From a virus, in the IMG/VR virus record IMGVR_UViG_3300037247_000847, positions 31,948-95,947 of that record: a DNA stretch of 64,000 nt. One strand, given 5' to 3'. Position numbers and translations under genes: made by a program. The stretch's first letter is position 1; each line of letters begins with the position of its first letter. Of this stretch, positions 8,838 through 18,006 are shown one piece after another. The notes beneath the pieces are model-generated. The model searched no databases. It saw only the letters and a program-made list of their open reading frames with translations, and was not told the DNA's origin.

Positions 8838-9429
8838 TCTTATGACTCCTGATGACTTGATCGTCTTCGAGGAGGAGATTGCTGCTGAGTTCAACGCTGG
8901 TAAGATTCCCTATCCGGTCCATTTGAGCGATGGCAATGAAGCGCAGCTAATCGAAATCTTCAGGGATGTGCGACCTCAGGACTGGGTTTTCACGACTTGG
9001 CGGTCGCATTACCACGCGCTGCTCAAAGGTGTTTCATGTGAAACATTGCGAGCCGCTATCTTCCGTGGTGAATCCATGCGGCTCCGGTTTCCCGACCATC
9101 GTGTCTACGGCTCGTCGATTGTTGGTGGAACAATTTCGCACGCTCTAGGAGTCTCATTGGCAATTAAGCGTAGAGGCGTTAACGAAAAAGTTTGGGCCTT
9201 CGTTGGTGACATGGCTGCCCATAGTGGTGTCTTTTATGAATGTCGTCACTACGCTGCGGCTCATGATTTACCACTTGAGTTAGTAATCGAAGACAACAGG
9301 GCGAGCGTTTGTACTCCAACCTACGATGTTTGGGGCACCTCGCCACCACTACCATGGATGTGGGTGAGGAAATATGAATATCAGTCCAAATATCCCCATG
9401 CCGGAGCCGGGAAGCGTGTGCAGTTCTGA
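8830..9429 (+). CDS. ThDP-dependent dehydrogenase E1 alpha-like subunit (short form)
   Basis: HLSDGNE, TWRSHYHALLKG, GDMAA..G.FYE...EDN ThDP-binding motif. Confidence 0.88.
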   Translation: MDDLMTPDDLIVFEEEIAAEFNAGKIPYPVHLSDGNEAQLIEIFRDVRPQDWVFTTWRSHYHALLKGVSCETLRAAIFRGESMRLRFPDHRVYGSSIVGGTISHALGVSLAIKRRGVNEKVWAFVGDMAAHSGVFYECRHYAAAHDLPLELVIEDNRASVCTPTYDVWGTSPPLPWMWVRKYEYQSKYPHAGAGKRVQF

Positions 9430-9928
9430 CTACCGGGCCGCGCTTTCGCAGGCTATGGAGGAAATGGCCTGTGATCCCCGCGTGGTGTTCCTGGGTCAAG
9501 GGGTACGCGATCCGGGTACGTTCATGTCTACGACCTTGCAGGACGTACCACTGGATAAGCGTATTGAGATGCCGGTTATGGAGGAAACTCAGCTCGGGAT
9601 GTCGATCGGTATGACGCTGGCTGGTATGGTACCCGTTTCGATCTTCCCACGGTGGAACTTCCTCCTACTCGCTGCGAACCAGTTGGTAAACCATCTGGAC
9701 AAGATGCAGGTCCGTGTGATCGTGCGGGTGGGGATTGGTAGTTCCAAACCACTCGATCCGGGGGTTCAACATACGTCCGATTTCACCGAGGCCTTTCGCC
9801 TCATGATGCCTAATACATACATTAGGAGATTGAACAATGCGAGCGATGTCATTACAGAATATCGACAGGCGCTTGAGCGAAAAGGCCCCAGTATCCTCGT
9901 CGAAATCGCAGACCTCTATGCAGGTTAA
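9416..9928 (+). CDS. ThDP-dependent dehydrogenase E1 beta / transketolase pyrimidine-binding subunit (short form)
   Basis: VVFLGQGV, EMPVMEETQLGMSIG, NQLVNHLDK; GTG start after GGAG (ORF opens at 9374). Confidence 0.85.
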   Translation: MCSSDYRAALSQAMEEMACDPRVVFLGQGVRDPGTFMSTTLQDVPLDKRIEMPVMEETQLGMSIGMTLAGMVPVSIFPRWNFLLLAANQLVNHLDKMQVRVIVRVGIGSSKPLDPGVQHTSDFTEAFRLMMPNTYIRRLNNASDVITEYRQALERKGPSILVEIADLYAG

Positions 9929-11099
9929 GCTCCACGAGCCCACATTTGGTGAGGATGAGATCGCCGCCGCTGTCGCGGTAATGCGCTCTACTATGGTGAC
10001 CTCGGGTGCTAAGGTACGGGAGTTTGAATCCCACTTCGGTCCGAACGCGGTCATGTGCAACTCGGGTTCGTCAGCCAATCTGCTAGCTATCGCGGCCTTG
10101 TGCAATCCGATGACGCCGACCCACCTGGAACCGGGTGACGAGGTGATCGTCTCGGCGCTGTCATGGTCGACTACCGTCTGGCCGTTGGTGCAGCATGGGC
10201 TGGTGCCGAAGATCGTCGACATCGATCCCTGGACACTCAACATCGATGGGGCAGAAGTCGAGCGAGCTATCGCGCGCAAAACCAGAGCCATCATGCCAGT
10301 CCACGTCTACGGCAATCCATGTGACTTGCAGGAGATCAATCTTATCGCCGATAAACACGGCCTGTACTTGATCGAGGATTGCTGTGAGGCTCTTGGGGCA
10401 ACCTATCTAAATCAGCCAGTGGGGCACGGTGCGAATTTCGCGACATATAGCTTCTACTTTTCGCATCACATCACCACGCTCGAAGGTGGTTTGGTTACGA
10501 CGGCGAGTACTAATATTGATCTCCTCCGCATCCTGCGCGCCCACGGCTGGACCCGCGATCTTGAGGACGACACGGCCTATCGCGACAAGCACCCCGACAT
10601 CGACCCCAAGTTCCTGTTCGTCAATGCGGGCTACAACCTGCGGGCCAGCGAGGTCAACGCGGCCATCGGGCTGGTGCAGTTACCCAAGCTGCCCGGCTTC
10701 GTCGAGGCCCGGCGCGCGGCTGCGGCCCATTTGATCGAGGCCTTCCGGCCCCACAAGGAGTTTCTGTCGGTCCAGAAGGAGACGCCCGGCGGCAAATCAT
10801 CTTGGTTTGGCTTCCCGGTGATAGTCAGCAAGGACGCCCCCTTCGAGGCCAAGGCTCTCAGAACTCACTTCGAGCGCCATGGCATCGAGACCAGGGCCAT
10901 TATCTGCGGCAACATCGCGCGTCAGCCCGGCATGCAGATTTGGCCGCATGTCAAGGTCGGCTCGCTCAAGCATGCGGATCATGTGATGAGCCACGGGTTC
11001 TCGATTGGCTGCCACCAGGGCGTGGATGCCGCGGCCTGCGATCACGTTCGCACCGTCCTCGATGACTTCATGGGTCTGGTCAGATGCGCGCCTTCATAA
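9918..11099 (+). CDS. colD: PLP/PMP-dependent GDP-4-keto-6-deoxy-sugar 3-dehydratase (ColD-type, DegT/DnrJ family)
   Basis: NSGSSANL, EDCCEALGA, SFYFSHHITTLEGG (His in place of the Schiff-base Lys), LRAHGWTR. Confidence 0.82.
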   Translation: MQVKLHEPTFGEDEIAAAVAVMRSTMVTSGAKVREFESHFGPNAVMCNSGSSANLLAIAALCNPMTPTHLEPGDEVIVSALSWSTTVWPLVQHGLVPKIVDIDPWTLNIDGAEVERAIARKTRAIMPVHVYGNPCDLQEINLIADKHGLYLIEDCCEALGATYLNQPVGHGANFATYSFYFSHHITTLEGGLVTTASTNIDLLRILRAHGWTRDLEDDTAYRDKHPDIDPKFLFVNAGYNLRASEVNAAIGLVQLPKLPGFVEARRAAAAHLIEAFRPHKEFLSVQKETPGGKSSWFGFPVIVSKDAPFEAKALRTHFERHGIETRAIICGNIARQPGMQIWPHVKVGSLKHADHVMSHGFSIGCHQGVDAAACDHVRTVLDDFMGLVRCAPS

Positions 11100-12073
11100 C
11101 CGGCATCGCGGGCTTCGTCGGCTCGCACTTGGCCGAATACTTGATGGCGAATACGGATTGGGAGATCGCGGGCCTGACGCGCTGGTCCGATCCGCTGGAC
11201 AACCTCGCGGCCTTGATGCCCTGGATCAACACGGGCCAGCGCGTGCGGCTGATCGAGGGTGATCTGAATGACCCCGCGTCGCTTGCTCGAGCGGTCAAGG
11301 CTTCACGACCTGATTATGTATTCCATTTAGCGGCGCAGTCCTACGTGCCGGCGAGTTTTATCAGCCCGGCCGAGACGCTGCGGACCAATATCATCGGGAC
11401 CAGTAATCTGTTGGAGGCATTGCGGCAGGAGGTGCCGGAAGCCTGGGTGCATATCTGCTCGTCCTCGGAGGTCTACGGGCGGGCGCAAGGAACCCTGGCC
11501 GAAGATTCACCGTTGCATGCAACAAGTCCCTATTCCGTCTCCAAGATTGGAACCGATTTCCTGGGTCGCTTTTACGCCGAGGCCTATGGGCTTAAGACGG
11601 TGACGACACGGATGTTTACCCATACAGGCCCGCGTCGAGGCGATGTGTTTGCCGAATCATCCTTCGCTAAACAGATTGCTATGAAGGAGGTGGGACAACT
11701 CAGTGGGCCTATCCAAGTTGGTAATCTGAACGCGGTGCGGACAATAGCGGACGTGCGTGATGCCGTCCGGGCCTATCATATGCTACTGACCGTCAATCCC
11801 CAGGCAGGCGCGGTTTACAACATAGGTGGTACCCATACCTGTACGATCAGCCAGGTACTCGATATCCTGTTCGAAGTGGCTGGTCAGCGCTACGAAGTTG
11901 AAGTCGACCCGGAGCGGTTGCGACCCATCGATGCTGATCATCAGGTGCCGGACTGTTCTGCATTCATGGAGCACACAGGTTGGAAGCCAGAGATTTCTTT
12001 CGAGCAGACCATGGCCGACCTGCTGAAATATTGGCGTGAGAAGGTCAAACACAGGAGGCTGTTACAACGATGA
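11084..12073 (+). CDS. dmhA: GDP-(manno)heptose/mannose 4,6-dehydratase (DmhA/WcbK-type SDR)
   Basis: GIAGFVG, RW...DNL, HLAAQS, CSSSEVYG, PYSVSK, TRMFTHTGPRR, RLRPIDAD; resembles DmhA as recalled from memory. Confidence 0.8.
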   Translation: MRAFITGIAGFVGSHLAEYLMANTDWEIAGLTRWSDPLDNLAALMPWINTGQRVRLIEGDLNDPASLARAVKASRPDYVFHLAAQSYVPASFISPAETLRTNIIGTSNLLEALRQEVPEAWVHICSSSEVYGRAQGTLAEDSPLHATSPYSVSKIGTDFLGRFYAEAYGLKTVTTRMFTHTGPRRGDVFAESSFAKQIAMKEVGQLSGPIQVGNLNAVRTIADVRDAVRAYHMLLTVNPQAGAVYNIGGTHTCTISQVLDILFEVAGQRYEVEVDPERLRPIDADHQVPDCSAFMEHTGWKPEISFEQTMADLLKYWREKVKHRRLLQR

Positions 12074-12468
12074 TCGTTCTCTGTTCGGGTGGGTTTGACC
12101 CACTTCATGCTGGCCACCTTAATCATCTCATGGAAGCAAGCAAGTTAGGCACGGTTGCCGTGGCTCTGACCTCTGATGATTGGCTAATGCGAAAGAAAGG
12201 CTACGTCTTTATGTCGTGGAAGGATCGAGCGTTCATTTTGGCTGGGTTGTCTTGTGTTGCCTCCGTCCATCCGGTCGCAGATGAGGACGATACGGTTTGT
12301 GCGGCATTGAGAACTATAAGGCCGGATATTCATGCCAATGGTGGTGACCGTGTAGAGCCACTTCCTGCAGAAGATGCAGTCTGCAAAGAGCTTGGAATTA
12401 GACAGGTGTTTGGTATCGGTGGCGACAAGACACATTCATCAAGCAAACTCGTTGAGGCGGTCAGATGA
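12070..12468 (+). CDS. HIGH-family nucleotidyltransferase (RfaE-II/TagD-like)
   Basis: GGFDPLHAGH, RKKG, ANGGDR, KTHSSS. Confidence 0.85.
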   Translation: MIVLCSGGFDPLHAGHLNHLMEASKLGTVAVALTSDDWLMRKKGYVFMSWKDRAFILAGLSCVASVHPVADEDDTVCAALRTIRPDIHANGGDRVEPLPAEDAVCKELGIRQVFGIGGDKTHSSSKLVEAVR

Positions 12469-13445
12469 TTATTTCTAGAACTCCCTACAGAATTAGTTTC
12501 TTCGGTGGTGGCTCGGATTACGAGGCTCAGTATTCTCGGCATGGTGGCGCGGTCCTGAGTGCTACGATCGACAAATACTGTTACATCTCGCTCCGGCGCA
12601 TGCCACCGTTTCTTGGTAGTAAGTACCGGGTTTTTTGGTCGCAAATGGAGGCTGTCGACCACCGTGAGGACATTCAGCATGCCGGTGTGCGCGGGTGCCT
12701 TGAATTTCTCGATATCGATGATGGGATAGAAATAAACCATGCTGGTGATCTTCCGGCTCGAAGTGGGTTAGGTTCATCCTCGGCCTTTACCGTGGGTATG
12801 CTCTCTGCTCTACACGCGCTTCGTGGTGAAACACCTAGCAGAGCACAGCTTGCAAATGAGGCTATAAAGGTAGAGCAGGAGGTCTTGTGTGAAACTGTTG
12901 GTATTCAGGATCAAATTGCTTGTGCCTGGGGTGGGCTAAACATGATTGAGATCAACCGTGGGGGTAATTACGGTATCATACCTGTATTGTTGCCCGCGGA
13001 GCGCCGGACCATGCTAGAAAGTCATTTGATGTTGTTTTTTACCGGCATCCAGCGTCATGCATCTGAGATAGCTAAGACACAGATTGATAATACCGAGCGG
13101 AACGTAGATGCGCTTGGAGCGATTACCGAACAAGTGCGACAGGCGTTTGTTATTCTTAAGGAAGGAGATATGGATGAATTTGGTCATTTGCTTGGTGAGG
13201 GTTGGAAACTGAAGCGACAATTGAGTGACAAGATATCGAGCCCAGAGATTGATGCGCTATATGCTGCCGCCTGTGCTGCCGGTGCGTTGGGGGGAAAAGT
13301 GATTGGAGCCGGTGGTGGGGGCTTCATGCTTTTCTACGTTCCTCTTGAGCGCCAGACCGCTGTACGTGGGGCACTAGGGGGATTGATCGACATCCCGGTT
13401 CGGTTTGAGAATGGTGGTAGTCAGATTGTATTAAATGCCCAATAA
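12465..13445 (+). CDS. hddA: D-glycero-alpha-D-manno-heptose-7-phosphate kinase (GHMP family)
   Basis: RTPYRISFFGGGSDY, PARSGLGSSS, GIQDQ, GKVIGAGGGG. Confidence 0.88.
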   Translation: MIISRTPYRISFFGGGSDYEAQYSRHGGAVLSATIDKYCYISLRRMPPFLGSKYRVFWSQMEAVDHREDIQHAGVRGCLEFLDIDDGIEINHAGDLPARSGLGSSSAFTVGMLSALHALRGETPSRAQLANEAIKVEQEVLCETVGIQDQIACAWGGLNMIEINRGGNYGIIPVLLPAERRTMLESHLMLFFTGIQRHASEIAKTQIDNTERNVDALGAITEQVRQAFVILKEGDMDEFGHLLGEGWKLKRQLSDKISSPEIDALYAAACAAGALGGKVIGAGGGGFMLFYVPLERQTAVRGALGGLIDIPVRFENGGSQIVLNAQ

Positions 13446-15252
13446 ATCGGTTTACTTTAACGAATATAACATCCGTATGGGGTCACTGTCGTATCTACCC
13501 TTGGTATCAGGGTTGTTGCGTGCTCATGCGGAAACGTCGGAGATGGTCAGGCGGGAATATACGTTCAAGCCATTTATCTATGTTAATGACGCACCACAAA
13601 CCATTCTTGACCGTTACAACAGCCCAGCGGTTGCCGCATTCTCATCCTTTATGTGGAATGAGCAACTCAACCATACGATCGCGCGAGAGGTTAAGGCATC
13701 TTGGCCTGAGTGCCTGATTGTATTTGGTGGACCGCAAGTTCCTCATCATCCAATGGAGTACATGAAAGAACGACCTTGGATCGACGTGTGTGTCCGTGCC
13801 GAGGGTGAAGTGGCCTTCACCGAGGTGCTAGAGCGCTTCGTTGAAACAACTGATTTCTCGGCTATTCCTGGTATAACATGGCAAGGAGGTGAAAACCATG
13901 GGGAGCGTCCTTTCTCACGTGATCTCGACGAATTGCCATCGCCTTATTTGGAGGGACTCTATGATACGTTGGTTGAAGGTGGAGATAGTTTCCAAGCCAT
14001 TATCGAAACTAACCGTGGATGCCCCTTTCACTGCACATTCTGCTATTGGGGTAAGGGTGGCCTTAGTCGAAAATATAAATATTTCGGATTGGAGCGGATC
14101 TATCGTGAATTAGAATGGTGTGCCAAACACAAAATAAAGTACATCTTCAATGCCGACAGTAATTTCGGCATGAACAAACGCGATACCGAGATTGCAGATT
14201 TTCTGGTTGATCTCAAGGAACGAACCGGGTTCCCCGATAAGTTCCGCACATGTTACGGCAAGAATACGGACGAAAAGATATTTGCTATTGGCTCACTGTT
14301 TCACAAGCACAAGTTGGAAAAGGGCATCACGTTGGCTCGGCAGTCCAATGACAAAACGGTGTTGAAGAATATCAAGCGTGGTAATATATCTATGGATACC
14401 TACAAGAACCTACAGGAGCGTTTCAACCACGAAAATATCCCAATTTATTCGGAGTTGATCCTTGGATTACCAGGGGAGACGGTTGAGAGTTGGCGGAATG
14501 GTATTGATGAATTGTTGAGGGCTGGGCTCAAGAATCAACTGTTTGTTTATTTCTGCCAGGTCTACCCAAATACTGATCTCGGAGATCCGGGGTATCAGAA
14601 AGAATTTGGTATTGTTACCCAGCAGGTACCACTTAACGAAATTCATGGAACGATTCATTATGAAGCATTTTGGGTAACGGAATACGAGGAAATCGTAGTC
14701 GCTACTGATAGTATGCCAACCGAGGATTGGCGGCAGATGGCTATTCTATCGTGGGTCACGATGTTGATGCATAGTCTCAAGCTGGGCTACTTTGTGATGG
14801 AGTGGATGCATGACGAACATGACGTACCTCATATTGAGTTTTTGGAATACCTCGCTACAGGTTTAGGAGATGGTCCGATAGCCCGTGAAATAGCAATTTT
14901 CAATGCTACGCTTGATGACATGCTGGTTGGGAAGGGACGTGGTTGTGTCATTGATGACTGTGGTAATACCTATTGGGATATCGAGGAAGCCAGTTTTATC
15001 CGCTGTATGCGAAGTCCACATGATTTTTATTGGGAAGACCTGTACTTTCAAGTTAAAATGTTTCTCTTTGATTATTGGAGAAAAAATGGCTTCGGCGAGC
15101 GCTCAAAGATAAAAAGAAGTTTATCTGAAGTGATCGAATATCAGAAGTCGCGTATACCAACCATCGAGATGTTTGACGGTAACGTAGAACGCTGGGCTCG
15201 TGAGACCATCTTATGGGGTCGCAAGAGTGGAACGATGTTGGTGCCTGAATGA
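13435..15252 (+). CDS. Cobalamin-binding radical SAM enzyme
   Basis: VFGGPQ, AEGE, ETNRGCPFHCTFC, DSNFG, ELILGLPGET. Confidence 0.88.
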   Translation: MPNKSVYFNEYNIRMGSLSYLPLVSGLLRAHAETSEMVRREYTFKPFIYVNDAPQTILDRYNSPAVAAFSSFMWNEQLNHTIAREVKASWPECLIVFGGPQVPHHPMEYMKERPWIDVCVRAEGEVAFTEVLERFVETTDFSAIPGITWQGGENHGERPFSRDLDELPSPYLEGLYDTLVEGGDSFQAIIETNRGCPFHCTFCYWGKGGLSRKYKYFGLERIYRELEWCAKHKIKYIFNADSNFGMNKRDTEIADFLVDLKERTGFPDKFRTCYGKNTDEKIFAIGSLFHKHKLEKGITLARQSNDKTVLKNIKRGNISMDTYKNLQERFNHENIPIYSELILGLPGETVESWRNGIDELLRAGLKNQLFVYFCQVYPNTDLGDPGYQKEFGIVTQQVPLNEIHGTIHYEAFWVTEYEEIVVATDSMPTEDWRQMAILSWVTMLMHSLKLGYFVMEWMHDEHDVPHIEFLEYLATGLGDGPIAREIAIFNATLDDMLVGKGRGCVIDDCGNTYWDIEEASFIRCMRSPHDFYWEDLYFQVKMFLFDYWRKNGFGERSKIKRSLSEVIEYQKSRIPTIEMFDGNVERWARETILWGRKSGTMLVPE

Positions 15253-16112
15253 AGGCTCTATTTGTCACGCCAGAATCTCATGAGCTTGTCTTAGCGTGGA
15301 ATTCGTGGAATGAGCCAGCTACGCACAAGACGTTTAATGTTTGGGACGAGCCCGACGATGAAAGCATATTGCAAATTGTTAGAGACACTGCGCCGGATGT
15401 GATCTTTTATGTTGGTGGTAATGCAGGTAAAGGCTTACCATCATTCAAGACGTTTCGGGATCTTCGAAACCTGGCACCTCTTATTCATTTATGTTGGGAT
15501 GCAACTGACGTCGCTTGGCACGCGACCCTTGCGGAATACAAAAGATACGAGTGTTTCAATCTCCAGGTTGCAATGGATGGAGGAACGGACTCTCCGGTAG
15601 ATATGGCTACATTGACGCCGTGTGATCCACGGCCATATGAACGAAGCAGTGACGTAAGAAATATCAGGTGTGCTTTTGCTGGGCAGAATGTCAACAGAGC
15701 GTTTAATCCTATTGATCAACACCCTCGGTGGAATATCCTGATGCCCCTGGTTAAAATGAAGTTGGTCAAATACCGGAAACGAAATGCTGGACCATATAGT
15801 GATTATGTAGAGTATATTAAGAACTGTCAGATATTGCTCAACATCTCACATACTGGATCGGGTAGGGCTCATCATGTCAAGGTACGTGTTATTGAAGCTG
15901 GACTTGCTGGATGTGCCCTTTTGGAAATGAGACAAGCACCAACTAGTAAATGGATACCGAAGGAATTGTTATTTCAGTATAGAAATATTAAAGAAGCAGC
16001 AGAGATAATTCGTTCAGCCGAGATAGAGGACAAGGCTTCTGCATTAGGTACGTATGTGCGTGAGAATTATAGTCCACAGCGGATTTACGAAAGCATTCTG
16101 GATCGGCTATGA
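15249..16112 (+). CDS. CgeB/YkvP-like GT-B glycosyltransferase, paralog 1
   Basis: PDVIFY, LLNIS...VKVRVIEAGLAGCALL, Y.P..IY C-terminus. Confidence 0.65.
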   Translation: MKALFVTPESHELVLAWNSWNEPATHKTFNVWDEPDDESILQIVRDTAPDVIFYVGGNAGKGLPSFKTFRDLRNLAPLIHLCWDATDVAWHATLAEYKRYECFNLQVAMDGGTDSPVDMATLTPCDPRPYERSSDVRNIRCAFAGQNVNRAFNPIDQHPRWNILMPLVKMKLVKYRKRNAGPYSDYVEYIKNCQILLNISHTGSGRAHHVKVRVIEAGLAGCALLEMRQAPTSKWIPKELLFQYRNIKEAAEIIRSAEIEDKASALGTYVRENYSPQRIYESILDRL

Positions 16113-16981
16113 AAGCGGTCTTTGTAACGACATTTCCTAATGACGTAGCCAATGTGATTGCAGCTTGGGATTGCTGGAATGAGGTTAAATCCGAGCGGAT
16201 TATTTTTGACTTCCGTCAAGTTATCGACGACGCAGATATTTTGCGCCGTGCGGAGGCAGCTTCACCGGACGTAATTTTTTATGTTGGTGGTTGTGGTGGA
16301 CCAATGCACTTACCCACCATTGCGACGCTCCAAGCATTGAAGGAAATGGCCCCTTCTATTAATTTGATTTTTGACGGTATCGAGGATGCATGGTATGAAA
16401 TGATTGCGAAATACAAGCAGCATGAATGCTTCAATTTGCAGGTTACTATTGACGGGTGTCCCGACGCTCCTGTTGATTTGGTCACCACTGCTCCGGTTGA
16501 TACGAGGTTGTTTGCGGGGGAAGATCCACCCAAGGATATCCCCTGCGGGATTTCGGGAAACATTGGCCGTGGTGATAAGAGGTCGAAAATCATCAATCCG
16601 TTGATATGGGAAGGTCTAGTAGAAATGAGGAGGAGGGATGTGGTTGGGGATGGGTTCCCGGAGCACGTTGCCTTTATGCGAAGATGCCAAATGATCATTA
16701 ACACGTCTTTTACAGGTTCAGGCAACAAACATCATGTAAAGCAGCGTGTGTTCGAAACCGGGTTTGCTGGAGCTGCCTTACTTGAATGTGAAGCAGCCCC
16801 AACACATTTCTGGATACCACAGTCATATTTCTTTAGGTACAAAAATACTTTACACGCAAGTCAGATTATTAAGACACTCGACGCGAGGGAGATTGCGGAA
16901 AAGGGTCAAATGTTGCAACAATATGTTAGGGCTCATTATATGCCAGAGCAAGTATATGGTGCAATGTTGGATCGATTATGA
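16109..16981 (+). CDS. CgeB/YkvP-like GT-B glycosyltransferase, paralog 2
   Basis: PDVIFY, CFNLQV, KQRVFETGFAGAALLE. Confidence 0.65.
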   Translation: MKAVFVTTFPNDVANVIAAWDCWNEVKSERIIFDFRQVIDDADILRRAEAASPDVIFYVGGCGGPMHLPTIATLQALKEMAPSINLIFDGIEDAWYEMIAKYKQHECFNLQVTIDGCPDAPVDLVTTAPVDTRLFAGEDPPKDIPCGISGNIGRGDKRSKIINPLIWEGLVEMRRRDVVGDGFPEHVAFMRRCQMIINTSFTGSGNKHHVKQRVFETGFAGAALLECEAAPTHFWIPQSYFFRYKNTLHASQIIKTLDAREIAEKGQMLQQYVRAHYMPEQVYGAMLDRL

Positions 16982-18006
16982 GGGCATTATTCGTTACCAG
17001 CTCGACGTCCGATGTAGATAGTCTCGTTCGTGCCTGGGATTGCTGGCAGCCTGACAAATCTATCCGCGTGATGTTTCCCCACATGGGGGAGCCTAGAGAC
17101 GAGAAAATTCTGGCTATAGCTAGGGAAATGCGACCGGATATTATTTTCTACATTGGAGCCAATGAAGGTTCAGGTATTCCTTCGATGGAAACGTTTTTGA
17201 GACTTCGGGAAATGGCTCCGTCGATCAACCTTTGTTGCGATGCTGGGGATACGCCGTGGTACGAACCTTTGAAGCGTTACAAAAAAGCGGGGTGTTTCAA
17301 TCTGCAAGTTGCGCTTGATGGCTATCTTAATGCTCCGGTCGATCTTGTGACCATAACCCCGGTCGATCCTGCACCGTACATTCAGCCTGTCGCGTGGAAA
17401 CGCTTCATCCGGTGTGGGTTTTCGGGAGGGGTATCTTCCAAGGAAAGGCTTGCTGTTTTCAAAGTAAGCTTTGCAAGCCGGATGCCACCAAAGATCGTTA
17501 AGAAGCGCCCTCGCAATGCGTTGCCTGCTTGGAAGCCACTGTATAAGAAACATCCCGACATGCCACCTCCAGTGCCAACCACACAGCGGGACAAGATCGT
17601 TTGGGGTCTTGAGAACATGAAAGACATTATCACTGTGCGGCGGCGAACATCCAAGGCCCCTTATTCCGATCACGTCGCATTTATGCAGTCGTGTCATATA
17701 ATCATAAATACGTCAACCAGTGGAACGGGAGACACACATCAAATTAAGGGGCGTGTTCTCGAAGCTGGATGGGCTAAATGCGCGCTACTTGAATCAGTAG
17801 GCTCGCCAATAGCCGAGTGGCTACCAGAAGAAAGTTATTTCATTTACCGTGATGCTGATCATGCGAAGGACCTGATCAAAAGTCTAACAGTTGAGCAAGT
17901 CACAAAATCAGCGCTCGTACTAAATGAATATGTGGAGAATCATTATCACCCTCGTCAGATTTACGGCGAGATTTTGGAGCGAGCTGGTGTGGATTATTCC
18001 GTCTAG
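16978..18006 (+). CDS. CgeB/YkvP-like GT-B glycosyltransferase, paralog 3 (K/P-rich insertion)
   Basis: PDIIFY, CFNLQV, KGRVLEAGWAKCALLE. Confidence 0.65.
   Translation: MRALFVTSSTSDVDSLVRAWDCWQPDKSIRVMFPHMGEPRDEKILAIAREMRPDIIFYIGANEGSGIPSMETFLRLREMAPSINLCCDAGDTPWYEPLKRYKKAGCFNLQVALDGYLNAPVDLVTITPVDPAPYIQPVAWKRFIRCGFSGGVSSKERLAVFKVSFASRMPPKIVKKRPRNALPAWKPLYKKHPDMPPPVPTTQRDKIVWGLENMKDIITVRRRTSKAPYSDHVAFMQSCHIIINTSTSGTGDTHQIKGRVLEAGWAKCALLESVGSPIAEWLPEESYFIYRDADHAKDLIKSLTVEQVTKSALVLNEYVENHYHPRQIYGEILERAGVDYSV

Noticed and set aside
8830-9928. Pyruvate dehydrogenase auxiliary metabolic genes
   Set aside because: Subunits are short, no E2/E3 is present, and they sit among keto-sugar enzymes, so a sugar-branching role is more likely
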